Source of the DNA: Paecilomyces variotii
Taxonomy: Eukaryota
NCBI GenBank assembly: GCA_004022145.1
Contig: RCNU01000007.1
Reading direction: 5' to 3' (one strand)
Length of the DNA stretch: 64,000 bases
The stretch's first letter is position 1, and each line of letters opens with the position of its first letter. A model generated the notes under the pieces. It made no database searches, was not told the origin of the DNA, and saw nothing but the letters and a program-made list of their open reading frames with translations. Positions 1 to 12,739 of this stretch are shown piece after piece. Both the position numbers and the translations under genes were made by a program.

Positions 1-47
1 GAAGTCAAACGCTCGTCTCTCATAACTAATGCTTGCAACGCCAACAA

Positions 48-1487
48 TTAATCAAACGTGATCTTCTTTCCCTGGAAAGTAGCCTGAGCCGCCTGCTCCT
101 TCGCGCGCTTCTTTGCTTCCCACGACGGATGTAGCGGCTTGTCATCTTGGGGTTTCTTTTGCTGGAATGACGGCCTATCATTATGACTCGACGCTCCCCT
201 CTCTCCTGACCTGTGGGCCGGCCTGCCCGTACCAGGGCCGCTTCGTCCCTTACCAAACTTCTTGGCTCTGCCATCGGCATCGGGATCCATAGCTCCCTTG
301 CGGACATCCCAGCCACTATCGCGGCTGTTTCTCTTTTTCTCCTGCTCCTTGCGAACGTGGTTTGCTCCGCTGCCGTACTTTTTCTCCCAGAGAGCGCGAC
401 GAGCCTGTTGGCCCATGCGGTTCTTGCGACGGGGAGGTTCGTCGGGAGCAGGTTCATCTCCAGATTCGGAACCAGACCAGTATCCACCCATCATGAGAGA
501 GGGGAGGAAAGTAGTGTCTTTGATGGTTCCTGTAGCAGAGGCCTTTTTGCTAGCTTTAACGGACGTCGCGGGAGGGGAGTCGGATTCTGAGTCGGATGGG
601 GTGGGGGATAGAGAGAGATCGGCTGCACGATTGTAACGGTTTGATTTCGAACCGTCCATGCTGATATCGTCGTCGTCGTCATCGCCAGAGGCGCCTTCAG
701 GCTCGGACTCGTCTGATGAGGCCGCAAGCCGGGAATCGAACTGGGCGAAATCGTCGCTTTGTATATCGGCCATATTGACATCCTCCGCACTGGACTCGTC
801 ACCTGAAAGTGGTTCTGATCCCTGCTCCCTTTCATCCTTCATCTTCGACTTCGAAGCCTTAACTTCTGCCTTTCCATCGGCATCCCTCTCTTTCGAGTCC
901 TTCGTAGATTTCGCACCCGGCGCGGCGTCCACCCCCAAAAGTCCCCTAAACCCGTCCATGATTCCCGGCATGACATTCTTTATGGGAGTTGACTTGAATA
1001 GACGCGCAATAACGTTCGATTCGGCATTGCTCTTGGGGCCTTCTATCGATAATTGCTTCGCTTCCTTGAACCGGACGAATGCAGGAGACTCTGCTATGCG
1101 CTTGGTTTTTGCTAGTTGCTTGAAGAGGTATCTTTGTGCTGTGAGTTCCAGATCGAGGGTCTGTAATATTAGATGAATTAGCACCATGATTTTTTAAGTC
1201 TCCATTCCAACGCATAGAAAATAACAGTACCATACCTTCAACACCTGCACTTCCTCCTGTAAGCGCGCCAGCGCCCCTTCGTTCTTCTCTTTCTGCGCAG
1301 TCTTCTGTCTCCGACCCATCTTCTGCCGCTCAAACCCTCGAGCGGTTTTCAGAGCGCGGAACAATGTCTGTATTTCATACTCGAATTTGTTCGTCAACCG
1401 AGTAACTCGCAGAACGGTCTTGCGCTCCTCGCGACTCTCCGGAGAGTCATTTGCATCTTCAGATTCGGCGCGCTTACGCTTCGGCAT
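48..1487 (-). CDS. BUD22: Bud22-family ribosome biogenesis / bud-site selection protein (2 exons, intron 1161-1235)
   Basis: ORFs 1194..1487 and 48..1187 join through a GTATGG...CAG intron. Motifs include LKTARGFERQKMGRR, RKNRMGQQARRALWEKKYGSGANH and C-terminal LHPSWEAKKRAKEQ...FQGKKITFD. Confidence 0.9.
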
Positions 1488-1937
1488 GATTATGATTATA
1501 AGGTGGGGGACTGGGAAACGGAATTAAGGCGTTCTGCAAAGTATGTATTGGTGAGGCTTTAAATTTTTGGTTTTTGCGGAGAACGAAGCTGGCGGCGGAT
1601 GCCAAGACTTTCTCCTTTGTCTTTCTCCGCTGGGCGACCGTCTCTGCGGGATTCCGACGGTACTTAAGCGCTAAAACTAAAACACCAGGACGGTAATACA
1701 TGGATGGAGTGTGTATCTGGACTGTACTACATTGCAGCTAAGATGGTTTCTGCAGTTTCTTTCATTCATTGAAGTTCAGATTGAGTGCTACAACATCACT
1801 GGGGACGTGAATAAATACAGTGCGCCAGCAGCCAACATATATTTCCCGTTATTGACAGCTACTCTGACTACTTAGTATCAACTTCATTGCCATCACTGAA
1901 CTATCAACTTGTCCGCATCAAGTCCTAGAATTTCGCA

Positions 1938-3206
1938 ATGACAACTACGATCAAATACATCTTGCCCCTGATTTTCTTCTTGGGAGTCTACACCGTATTC
2001 ATCTTCTCCTCTCGCAATGGTCTATTTACTCTCCTCGACGATGCCATCTACTCGAGGACGATGCCCGGTGGAGACGGCCCCATCAAGACAAATCTCACTG
2101 GTATCAAAGCTCTCGATGAGGGTCTGTTGATTCACCTAAATGCATTCTTCTTGCGTGTGGTCGATGGAAGCGCTCCTGATCTATCCCTCTATGCCTTTTC
2201 ATCCACAGGCTCCTTTGGCGCAGCTTGGATTTTGATCACGGTGGAAGCATGGAGGAAGGGAAATGCCGGGACACTTATGGCATCGTATGTTTCCCGACCT
2301 GTCCTCACTTATTATATCATAGCACTGCATGTTCTGAATCAGAATCAGACGAGAAATGTCCGTAAGCGAACAACAAGCTGACTCTCAGATCCCAGTGTAT
2401 TCGGCGTCGGCTTCTTGGCCCAAACAATCACATACGCCTTATCCATGACGATTTACTGCATGCTAAACCTCTGGAAATCACGGACAATTTCCAACCTCAC
2501 TCTTCAAAAGATCATTACTCCTCGAATAATCTCAAATACGCTACCATTAGCCCTATTCATAGGCTACTTTATCCCAACAGCCCTCCTCGCCGCACCTACT
2601 GCCATCTTCAATATGGATACGAAGCAGTCCTTCCTCGCAGCATGGCAACTCTGGCCACTAACTGTTTCGTTCCTCCTATCCCTTACCAAATATTTCTCTC
2701 CACGATGTACTCGACCAGACAACATCCATGACCGCCGCGCTGATATCCTTTCTCTACGATACCTTTACGCTTTCGCATTCGCATGCGCTGCCATCCCTCA
2801 CCTTGGAACCTGGTTGATCTCTCTGACATCGGTGATCTATCCCGGATTATTCAATGCAGAATACCTCGAGAAACTGCATCCGCAGCGGGTATTCATTAAC
2901 AAGATCCCGTTGGACTCCGTGCGCGTCTCTTCCGTGGAAGAGGGTAGTCTCTGGTTCTTGCAGTGGGATAATACCATTGGGTCAATCAGTGTCATGTTAT
3001 GGGCAGTGGCGCTGTATCGTAAGGCTTGTGCGGAGGCAAAGGTTAGGGTGAGTGCGGTTGAATTGGGGGTTAAGATCTGTTTACTGGTGATTTTGGGGGG
3101 AGCGGTCGGTGCAGCGGTGGAATTGGTGTGGGAGAGGGATGAATTAGTGTTCTCCAAGGAATTGGAAGTTGCAGTGGAGAAAGGTACTGGGGAAAATTCC
3201 CATTAG
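1938..3206 (+). CDS. Multi-pass membrane protein, AtmA/PaxA/CtvD-like (2 exons, intron ~2285-2395)
   Basis: Two hydrophobic ORFs (1938..2381, 2415..3206) are joined by a GTATGT...CAG intron. Motifs TGIKALD, VEAWRKGN, WQLWP, WFLQWD and terminal WERD resemble this fungal family, as recalled rather than searched. Confidence 0.7.
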
Positions 3207-3408
3207 TTGGATCTTTCCGGCGAGAAGCTCTACATCAGTTCAGACCCGGAGTCCTAGTCGGATGGCCAGGTTACAGCCGCGCGCGGACAGAAATACGGGA
3301 GGGAAATAAATGAACTGGACCTGCACCCGATTCCAAACATGCACGTGCGGTATGTACATAGTAAATGAAGAAAGACGGAAGGAAAGTACGTATACATGGG
3401 CCCACGCT

Positions 3409-4383
3409 CTATTTCTTTTCCTCTTCCTTCTTCTCCTCAGGCTTGGGCGTAGGAAGCTTGAACTATATCCCGGGAAATTAGCAATTGATCTCAGGATGGG
3501 TGATAAAAATAAACCACATACCGAGTCAGGCGTTCTGTCAGTGCCAGGGCCAACTGGCTCCCAGGCAGCCGTACCTCCCTCAAAGTTACGGAAGGCCTGG
3601 GTCAACTCGAGCGGCTCGACGACAATGCGCTTCTTCTCCTCGTCATAGCGGATCTCAGTGTAACCAGTGAGAGGGAAGTCCTTGCGTAGGGGGTGGCCAT
3701 CGAAGCCGTAGTCGGTCATGATACGACGGAGATCAGGATGGCCGCTGAAGAAAACACCGAACATATCGTAGACCTCACGCTCGTACCACAGAGCACCATC
3801 ATACAGAGAGGTGACACTGGGAACGGGAGACGCCTCATCGGCATAGGTCTTCACACGAATACGCGAGTTATGGCGGACACTGAGCAGGTTGTAGACGACC
3901 TCAAAGCGCGCATCCCGGGTCGGGTAATCAACGGCGGTGATGTCGGAGATCTGGGTATATTCCGCCGCGGTGTGGTACTTGAGGAAGGTGAAGACGGGAA
4001 TAATGCCGGAAGGAGAGACGTAGATCGTAAGCTCGTCTTTCCAGACGGAGAACTGCTGGACGTATTTCGGCAGGCAGGAAATGATGTATTGACCGTAGGT
4101 GTGGAGGCTGTCGGCCTTGTCCGCGTACTTGTCGGTAGGATTGACAATGGGGGCTTTCAGCGGCCCCAATGCTATAGAGAAAGTCAGTCAATCATCGATA
4201 CTGATATGATCACGTATCTATCCAGAACATACGAGGACGCTGCGCCTGCCGCATATTGGGCACATCCTCAGACGAACGCTGCAGAGGGGTCGAGGAGAAG
4301 GCGCGGGCACATACGGACACCCTGGATGCAGAAGCCCAGGAGCGGCTGCTCCCCAGCCGCATCAGAGAGCGCGCAGACGCCAT
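3409..4383 (-). CDS. NDUFS3: NADH:ubiquinone oxidoreductase 30 kDa subunit (NDUFS3/NuoC), mitochondrial; 3 exons (introns 4172-4232, 3463-3521)
   Basis: Presequence [13 protein letters not shown]. Signature [38 protein letters not shown]. Last exon [16 protein letters not shown]. Confidence 0.96.
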
Positions 4384-4821
4384 TGTTGTGGAGCAATTCA
4401 GGATAATGGATGGCGAAAGGGCAAGGCGAGGCGTTGTAACAGCTCGACGTCGACATGGAAGTTGAGAATGGGAAGAGCGGTCACGTGCGGGTGACTCAGA
4501 CATTAGCTAAGCGGTGCAGCCACGCCGCGCAGGGAGAGACACCAGCGGGCGTTGCAGCAAAGATGAAGAGCTTCTTCTCTCTTCGCTTCTCTCTTCCTCC
4601 CTCGTCTCTAGCGCATTCATCTTCATCTCTCAACAACACCCACGCCTCCACCAGACCTTTATCCTACTTTCCGCCCTCTCTCACACTCTTTATCTCCTGC
4701 CTCACATTTTCCTCCCATCGCGCTCCTCCTTGCTCAGATCTTCCCGCCCGTTCATGTTTGCTGGCATTCTGAACCTGCTGCTGAGTTACTGAGCGGTCGC
4801 TGCCAACTTCTCGCCACAGCC
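4384..4821. promoter_or_regulatory. Bidirectional promoter between the NDUFS3 and NOT4 genes
   Basis: The starts are head-to-head, 438 bp apart. CACGTG at ~4482, TGACTCA at 4492-4498 and a CT-rich tract toward NOT4. Confidence 0.6.
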
Positions 4822-7597
4822 ATGTCAAATCGCATACAGATCGACTCAGTCATTGATGACGATGATGAGTTCTGGTATGACAGAGCTCCCCGTCCGGTTG
4901 TGCTTGGCTTGTCGTGCTGACTTTTGTTCTCTAGCCCCCTCTGTATCGAAGAGTTCGATCTTTCGGATAAGAACTTCAAACCTTGTCCCTGTGGCTACCA
5001 GGTGTGTACCCGGATTCCCCGCAACGCTGTGGCGAGCCCTTCCAGCCTTCCTATCCCAGAGACTTTCTATGCAAAACAGTGATCTGACTTGACGCGATAC
5101 AGATATGTCAGTTCTGTTACAACAATATCAAGACCCACAGTGAAGAGGGTCGATGTCCGAATTGTAGACGGGTGTACGATGAAAGTACCATACAGTATAA
5201 GGTCCCTGATGTGGATGAGTAAGTGGCCTACGTGCTTTACGTTGACACTGCAAAACATCAGCGTTAACCTTGATGCATCGCACAGATTCAAAGCGGATTT
5301 GGCACTGAAGCACCGCAAAGCTGCTGCTGCGAAGAAGAAAGAGGCCGAAAAACGCGAGATCGAGGCATCCAGCCGGAAAAATCTTGCTGGTGTCCGAGTG
5401 GTCCAAAAGAACCTGGTCTACGTGATTGGCCTGAACCCCACCATACGTGACGAGAACCAGTTACTGCAGACGCTTCGAGGTCCCGAATACTTCGGCCAGT
5501 ACGGAGATATCGAAAAGATCGTGGTCAGCAAGGCTAAACCAGGCGGGAATCCGAACCAGGGTATCGGCGTTTATGTTACCTTCCTTAGAAAGGCGGACGC
5601 GGCGACCTGTATCGCAGCTGTAGATGGGTCTGTCAATGGCGATCGGGTTCTGAGGTGGGTCCAATAGTGCCTTTTCGTACTATGGCATCAGACTAATTAC
5701 TTCTATCAGGGCGCAATACGGTACGACGAAATATTGCTCCTCATTCCTTCGTAACGAGCAATGTAACAACCGGAATTGTACTTTCCTGCACGAGACTGGG
5801 GAAGATACCGACAGCTTCAGCCGACAGGACCTCTCGTCCATGAACATGCGACAAGGGTATACCAACGGTGCGGCCGGTCCAAGTCAACAACATCATCCGG
5901 CTCAGATGCGACCATCCGCGCAACCTCTCCAGTCATCCCAACCGATGCGTCGCCAAGGAAGTAAGGATGATGGTATATCGCGGTCGGGCACCAACGACGG
6001 GTCGGCTCTCCCCTCATCTGCTAGCTGGGCGAACAAGGATGCGCCTGTGAACCGTGCGAGGCGCGCCAGTTTAACTGGGAGCCGATCCTCTCCAAGCCCC
6101 AAACCCACGAGTGCTGTTATCGCGACCAAGGCAGATGAATCAAAGAAACAGGCCGGGTCTTCGCAAGATGCTGCTTCGCGTCGCGGCACGCCTGCTCCTG
6201 CGAATGCCCAACCCGTGTCGCAAAGCCAACCTCGCGCAGCACAACCGCCACCACGGCCCGAGAATCCTCTCTTGGACGAGTTAGTGAAGGCCATCAATTC
6301 GTCCGACTTCAAGTTCGTCTTTTCTGCTGCTGGGTTACCGGCAGAGGAAGCTGCTTTCATCGAGAATCATCCTTCCTTCATTGATCCGTACGGCGGAGTG
6401 AAGCGCAGGGCCATGCGGGAAAAGGCGGAGCAGGAACGCGCAAAGCAAGAGGTTGAGACGCAGCAGTTTCTGCATTCCGCCGCTCAATCTGCCGCTGCTG
6501 AAGAGGAGACTAGGGAAAGTGGTAGCTTGCAGTTAGGTGGTGAGCCCGATGATGTCCATCCTCCCGCCCGCGGGGATCGTGGCCGTGAATCTCATGGCGC
6601 CATCCAACCTCCTTCCCAGCAAGGAACTGCGACAAACTCGGTTATTGGTTCTCCTGTGTCTGCCGCTAGTCATCAATTCCAGAGTCTGAACGTCGGAGGC
6701 CGGAGTTTGACTCCTCTGCAGCAGCAGCAATTAATGTTGCTGAAGTCCGCTAACGGCCAGCAGGCTGGTCTGATGGATCCGCTGCAGACGGGCTTCGGTT
6801 CAACCGGCTTTGATCATGCGTCTCAGGCTCGTCAGGGCCTTTTCCAGAATCAGATGCCTCAGTTGAGTGGCATGCAAGGTCATAACCGACAATCCTCTCG
6901 ATTCTCCTTCGCAAATGATAGCAATGCCAAGAACAACCCTAGCGCCAGGCTCATGAGCCAGCAAGCGTCTCTGATGCAGTCAGGAACACCAAATCCTCTG
7001 GCGGCTCCTACGCCCCAGCATAGCCTCGCGAGCCACTTCTATACCAGTGGTGTCCAGGGCCCTCCCCCAGGTTTGAAGACAGCCGGCACTCCTCCAATTA
7101 GCGGAGGCGGAATGTTTGCACAGGGCCATGGCTTCACCGCCAACGCGAACCTTGGCTTGGGAGCAAACCTTGGTAAGCAAGATGCCAATCCGGAGCTGAT
7201 GCGGGAACTTCTCCGTGGTCGCGGTGGCGCAGGTGGTTTGCAAGCGCACGAAGTTGCTAAGCGTGAGTTCATGTTTCCTTTCCTCCAGCAACACCAGACA
7301 CCCCCTCCCCTGACTCCCGCTACTACTGGCCTTCTCAGCTCTTTCTATGGTTCCCAGGCGGGGACATACCCCGAACAGGGGCCACAGAAGCAGAAGAAGA
7401 AGGGGAAGAAGCACAGACACGCTAACACTTCCTCCGGTGGAGGTGGTGTAGTCGATCTTGCGGACCCGAGTATCTTGCAGGCGAGAATGCATCAAGTTGG
7501 TGCCAACACTGCTGCTGGGCAAGCCCTGTACGGGAGTCAGGGTCAAGGTGGGTACAATCACTCCATGATGTATGGAGCTGGTTTTAACCGCTGGTGA
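4822..7597 (+). CDS. NOT4: CCR4-NOT E3 ligase Not4, short isoform (introns 4875-4934, 5002-5102, 5219-5285, 5655-5709)
   Basis: C4C4 RING (CPLCIEEFD...FKPCPCGYQICQFCY...CPNCRR), RRM (VRVVQKNLVYVIGL), CCCH (YGTTKYCSSFLRNEQCNNRNCTFLHE) and later SRFSF, PPPG and DPSIL motifs. The frame is open to TGA at 7595-7597. Confidence 0.92.
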
Positions 7598-8344
7598 TTT
7601 CATCTTCACCCATCCTACTCCCTTCTGTTATGATAGTTCCCTCCCCTTGTTGTGTTGACCGCGTTCAATGTTGTGTTTCTTTCTTTCTTTTTCTTTCTTT
7701 TTTTCTCTACCCAATTCCCATGAATGATATGCTCCCCTCATGTGGGCACGGCCGTGACCTTTCTGTACGCTTTCTTGGAACTCATGTTTGTCGATTTCAC
7801 TTTTGAAGCGAAGCATCAGGCAGACGGCTCCCAAAAGAAGATAATGGGCTGGGCGTGCCTTTGGCGTTTATTATGGATTGTTTTGCGCATTACGGGCAAT
7901 GTTGGATGGGAGGCGTCGTCACATTTTGCGGAGATCTAATGTCTTCTGGGTTTCCTTACATATTTGGCGGACGCCGTATTGTTGCATCCGGCCCTGCTTC
8001 ATTTACAGCATTTGGGCGACCTCTGGTCGACCGGTTCATGGCTCATGTACGTTAACCTCCCCGCCCTGTCTTGTACCCAAGCGGGGTCATATGCCGAAAG
8101 CAAATTCTCACATTTAATGTTCATATAGACATTTGGCCTGCCCATCCTGCCTGGTCAAAGCTCTTTTTGTAATTGCCATTATGCCTATACCTTATCGTAT
8201 TGCCTGGTCGCCTCGTCTGTATGCTTCGTTGCGATTATCTGTTGCTCTTGCTTTCTTTTCAGATTATTTCGGATCCGCTGCAATTCGCTCATTCACTTCA
8301 CCCACATCGCTTTTCTTCGGGAGATTGCTAACTGCTCTCCACAG

Positions 8345-10617
8345 TCGATGACGAATTCCCACCGCTGGATGTATCCGCCAAGGACAGACCGTCCGTCGAC
8401 AGTTTTGGCTTCCCATTCCGGCCGCATCTTGCTGACGATTCTCGCGCATCGTCGATTCGTTCGGGGACCCCGACGCTCCCTCCCGGCCTGCCTCTGCCGC
8501 ATGCACATCCCGCCGCTGCTTTCCTTCAGGAGTTGGACCCGTCGAGTCCCGTACGTTCGCCGTCAATTCCCCCCGGATTTGCTCCTGTTGCCCCCTGGCT
8601 GGGCACACCTGCGCAGAAACTGCAGGAGAACAACTCTAGACATGCTACGCCTGAACCTAGGGCGGCCCCTGACATTGCTCAGGTGACTGACAGGGTCAAG
8701 AATGCATCGGAAATCTCCCTTGGCTCCCCTAAACCGAAGCCCGCCAAAGCTCGCGGTCAATCTAAGGCAGAGAGCCTCAGCGTCTCTGACAAGAAGGAAG
8801 ATACCGCGGCTACCACGGGTACTCCCCAGCGCAGTGAGCGCGAGTCGAGTGCGAAGCCAAAGCCGATCAAGCTTAATTTATCGACTTTCACGGCTTCCCA
8901 CCCCCAAGATAATTCCCCTGGCAAGTCGGATACACCAAGCCAGGTCATCGCTGGTGCTACTGCGTCAGTGGCTGGCTCCCGCCCTAACACTCCTCTTACT
9001 GGCATTTCTCGCGCTTCGGACTCCTCCGGCCCACGTCAAACTCGGGTACTTCGGGTCGTAGATACTCCAAAGGCAGAGACACCCCCTCCTGTTTCAGCTA
9101 CACAATCAATCTCTTCTGCCCAAGCCGTGAAGGGCCGCTCCAGAAGACTGAGTATTTCTTCGGTCAGCAGGCCCGAGACTCCTGGTGAAGTCGGTTCCGA
9201 CTACGATCCGTACACATCGGCATCTGTGTCTCGGGCAAACTCCCCTCCGCCCTCCAAGATCGGTTCGGCGCCAGTGCGTGCGATCACGAAGAGTCAGGCG
9301 AAAAAGGAAAGAAGATTGAAGGCGAAACAGGCGGAGGCCAAAGAGGCTATCTCAACCACTGTTGTGGAGGAGCCAGTACAGGCTCCGATCATCGGCAGGA
9401 AAAGGAAGACCAAGAAGACGCCTTCGAGCAATGAGCCCTCTAGCACGACAGAAACAGCAACTAGAGCTGCCTCGGAGGCCAGCAGGTCTCCTGAGAAAGC
9501 TATTGAAGACCGAGGAGAGCAGAAGTCCGCCGACGCTGGTAAAAAGTCAAAATCCAAGGACAAGTCTACGAAGGATGTCCAACCTGCTACTTCTCCTGAG
9601 AAGGAAGCCAGCGAGAGTGGCGAGAGAGAAGCTACGGAGACATGGCGTGAAAACAATACGATCGAGCAGATGATAAAGGACTCTGAAGCTAAGGGTATCC
9701 CGATAAAGGAGCTCTTCCTGGAGAGGACGTCTCCACTCCCAGTTCTCCTTGCTCAACTGCATCAGTCTGGGCTGCTCGATCTCAACAACCATCCCCTGTT
9801 TAATCCTCCCAATCTCAGCCAGCGTTCGGATATGAAGTGTTCGTCGGAAGATTACGAGTCTCTGAAGCAGCCTATTGAGTTAACGGAAGAGGACAGAAAG
9901 AAGCTTCTCCGTGGAGAACCCGTTCGCATCAACGGCGACTCGGCGCTCCTAAAAAGCAGATGCCTCATCACTCCGAGCGGATGCATCCTTCGTCACCTAT
10001 CTCCGGACGAAGAGGATCGTTACCTTGCGCTGGAGAAGAGCTTGTCGCTGTCTGCTGATTCAATGCAGGAGTATCCCGCACTTTCAATTACTGACCCGGA
10101 CATCACAAACCGCGGTGGTGGTCTCGACGCTCTCTTCGCCACCCCCGAGAGGTATAACATCGTCTGGGTTGATGAGACCCCAGGGGCTGGCATTTCGGGA
10201 GCGAGTGACGCCGGTGTTGGCGCAGGTGCTGCGGATTCTACGCCTCCTACAGTCGCTTCTGCGCCTCCTAATGTCCTCTCCGCCATGGAGGCTGACACCA
10301 CTCGAAGCCACAACTGGGCTATCGCGAACACGGCCGAACTTGTCAACGCAACGGCTGCTTCGGTCCGCTCCTTCGCTGCCGCGACTGCGAAACATATGCT
10401 TGGCGTGACTGGCATCGCCATGGGTGATATTCCGGATCTCGAGGACGTCATGGGCATGTCCGACGATGAGCTGCGTACGTTCATCGAGCGCTCCCAGCGC
10501 GAATTAGAGTCTTCTCGGAAGGATGTTGATTCCATTGACAAGAAGCTGATGGCGCTGATCAAGCGCAACAAGAAGCTTGCACAGCAGGCAATTGCGGCGA
10601 CTGTTGAGGCGTCGTAA
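8345..10617 (+). CDS. NOT4: Large 3' exon of the long NOT4 isoform (less likely a separate gene)
   Basis: CTAAC branch (~8328) and ACAG acceptor (8341-8344). The frame runs open from 8345 (DDEFPPL...) through the 694-aa ORF 8533..10617, which has no ATG start. Its phase matches donors at 7548 and 7263. Confidence 0.78.
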
Positions 10618-11030
10618 GCAGCTTCTGCTTGGGGCCATATTGTACTACCAAGACACTATCAAGGCGTTTCGAACATGGAACTGGAACGTGACGGAGCTAG
10701 ATGGAATTGCATGGGATGGAACGGAAATGGGTAATTCTAATGTGCATGCCCTCCCGGGTTACGGATGCTTGTTTCTCTGTTTGTTCCGAGTTGACGGATG
10801 TTAGCGTTTTCTCTGTTGTCAGTGTAGATTAACTTTCGGTTCTTTCCATTGTATTGAGTATTACTTTACTTGCATTGCATTGCATTTCGTTACATGATTG
10901 AGCAAGGATAATGCCTTACAAAAAAGAAATACCCATCACTTAATGGCCGTTATTCCTCTCCAAGATGCAAATAGATATTGTTCTTTGCAAGGCATTGTAT
11001 CTCGCATAAGTAGGTTGTAAACGATGTATG

Positions 11031-11047
11031 TATATATATATATATAT
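11031..11047. repeat. (TA)n microsatellite between the convergent NOT4 and BCKDH 3' ends
   Basis: Direct reading. Confidence 0.85.
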
Positions 11048-11096
11048 GTGCATGACGAAAGGGTACCGAAGGAGACGCTCCCTTCTTGGACAATAT

Positions 11097-12739
11097 TTAA
11101 AGTCCCTTAATCCCATCTTGGAATTCCCTTAGGTCATACTCCTCTGGATACGTCTCCAAGATACGCTTCAGCTCCTTCATCTGTTCTTGCGCCTCTTCTG
11201 TCAATTCCTCATAAACGTCCGTAAAGGCCTCTCTAAGGGGAGGCTTCTTCTCCCTCTCAGCAGCGCTGAATTCCTTGAGTACCGTTCGACGGATCTCATC
11301 CCGCGTGTCGCGTTCCAGGTCCTCGTTCCAGAGGCCTTTGTTTTCAAGCCACTTCCGTAGCCGAATGATCGGGTTATCGCGCCGTTTCCAGTCCTCGACT
11401 TCGACGCGCGCACGGTATGCAAAGCTATCGTCGCTGGTGCTGTGGTGGGAAACGCGGTAGCTCATTGCTTCGATGAGGATGGGTCGGCCGCCATCGGAGA
11501 GGGCCATGCGGCGTGCTTCTTTGGTTACTTCGCGTACAGCGAAGATGTCGTTGCCATCGACGCGGATGGTGTCGATTCCGTAGCCGATTCCACGGCTAGC
11601 GATGCCGTCGCCGCGGTACTGCTCTAGTGTCGGGGTGGAGATGGCGTAACCGTTGTTGCGGCAGATGAAGACTACAGGACAGGATCTTGTAGCAGCGATG
11701 TTCAGTGCGGCGTGGAAGTCGCCCTCGCTCGCTGCGCCTTCACCGAAATAACAAGCGACGATGCGCGGTGGAGTGTTTGGATTCTGGAGATGTTGGAGCT
11801 TCAGGGCGTATGCGGCACCTGCGGCTTGGGGGATTTGAGTTGACAGTGGTGAGGATATTGTGTACTTAGTTGGACATATATGATTAGAATTGGCTGTGGT
11901 GGTGGTCATATCTTTAGGGGGGGAGGGGCATGGATTTGATTTACCTGTTTCGGATATGAGCGTCCATAATGTACCGGCATATTACGCCCTTTGCCGGCAT
12001 CGTTCTTGTTGGAAAACAGCTGGCTCATGAATTCTTGCAAAGTGAATCCACGTTGCTGGAGAACGCCGGCTTCTCGATACTGTGCGAACACCACGTCGTC
12101 TGGAGAGAGCGCCGTTGCGGAACCCACGGCGATTCCTTCCTCGCCTGCAGAGACCTAAGGAGAGGTGAGATGATCAGCGGAAAGCTTCCATACGTAGCGC
12201 ACAGTACGCACCATATAAAAGCTCAATCGGCCTTGTCTCTGGGCTTCGAACATGATCAGGTCCATTATATTAACTGCGTCGCTTGGATCAGTAGTGGTCC
12301 CATCACTGGTAGATACGGCAGGAAGACGAACCCGTCAACATGTTCTTATACCAAGATATGACCTCCTCATCTGAGACGTCTGTTGGAGCGTGGTTTTGAT
12401 CCACGATGGTTCCGTCCGAGTCCATCACTCGATACGTAGGCATAGCGGGCATATTCGATGGTCGTGAGAAGGACATTTCCGTGGTGAATTTACTGTCGAC
12501 TGCGCCAGGGAATCGAACACTGAGCGAGCGCCGCAAAATCCGAATCAGATGTGATTCTCGAAAAAACATGTTCACAGAGGTCTGGCGAGATCGACTTACT
12601 GGTCCGACCCAGGTCTCTGAGAGATAGAATTGCTCCATCGTACTGCAGTCCGCGGGGCTATCAAGGGAGTAGTAGTAAAGACCTTCCGGCCGGAGGTGGA
12701 TATGGATAAACCGCTCCTTCGAAACAGTGAAGACGCCAT
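11097..12739 (-). CDS. BCKDHA: Branched-chain 2-oxo acid dehydrogenase E1 alpha subunit, mitochondrial (5 exons)
   Basis: [29 protein letters not shown]-binding [11 protein letters not shown]...NN and SHHSTSDD motifs. Presequence [10 protein letters not shown]. Confidence 0.95.

Noticed and set aside
3693-4406. 237-aa plus-strand ORF opposite NDUFS3 (similar cases at 32098..32574, 658..1176 and 14742..15413)
   Set aside because: These are antisense shadows of codon-biased conserved genes.
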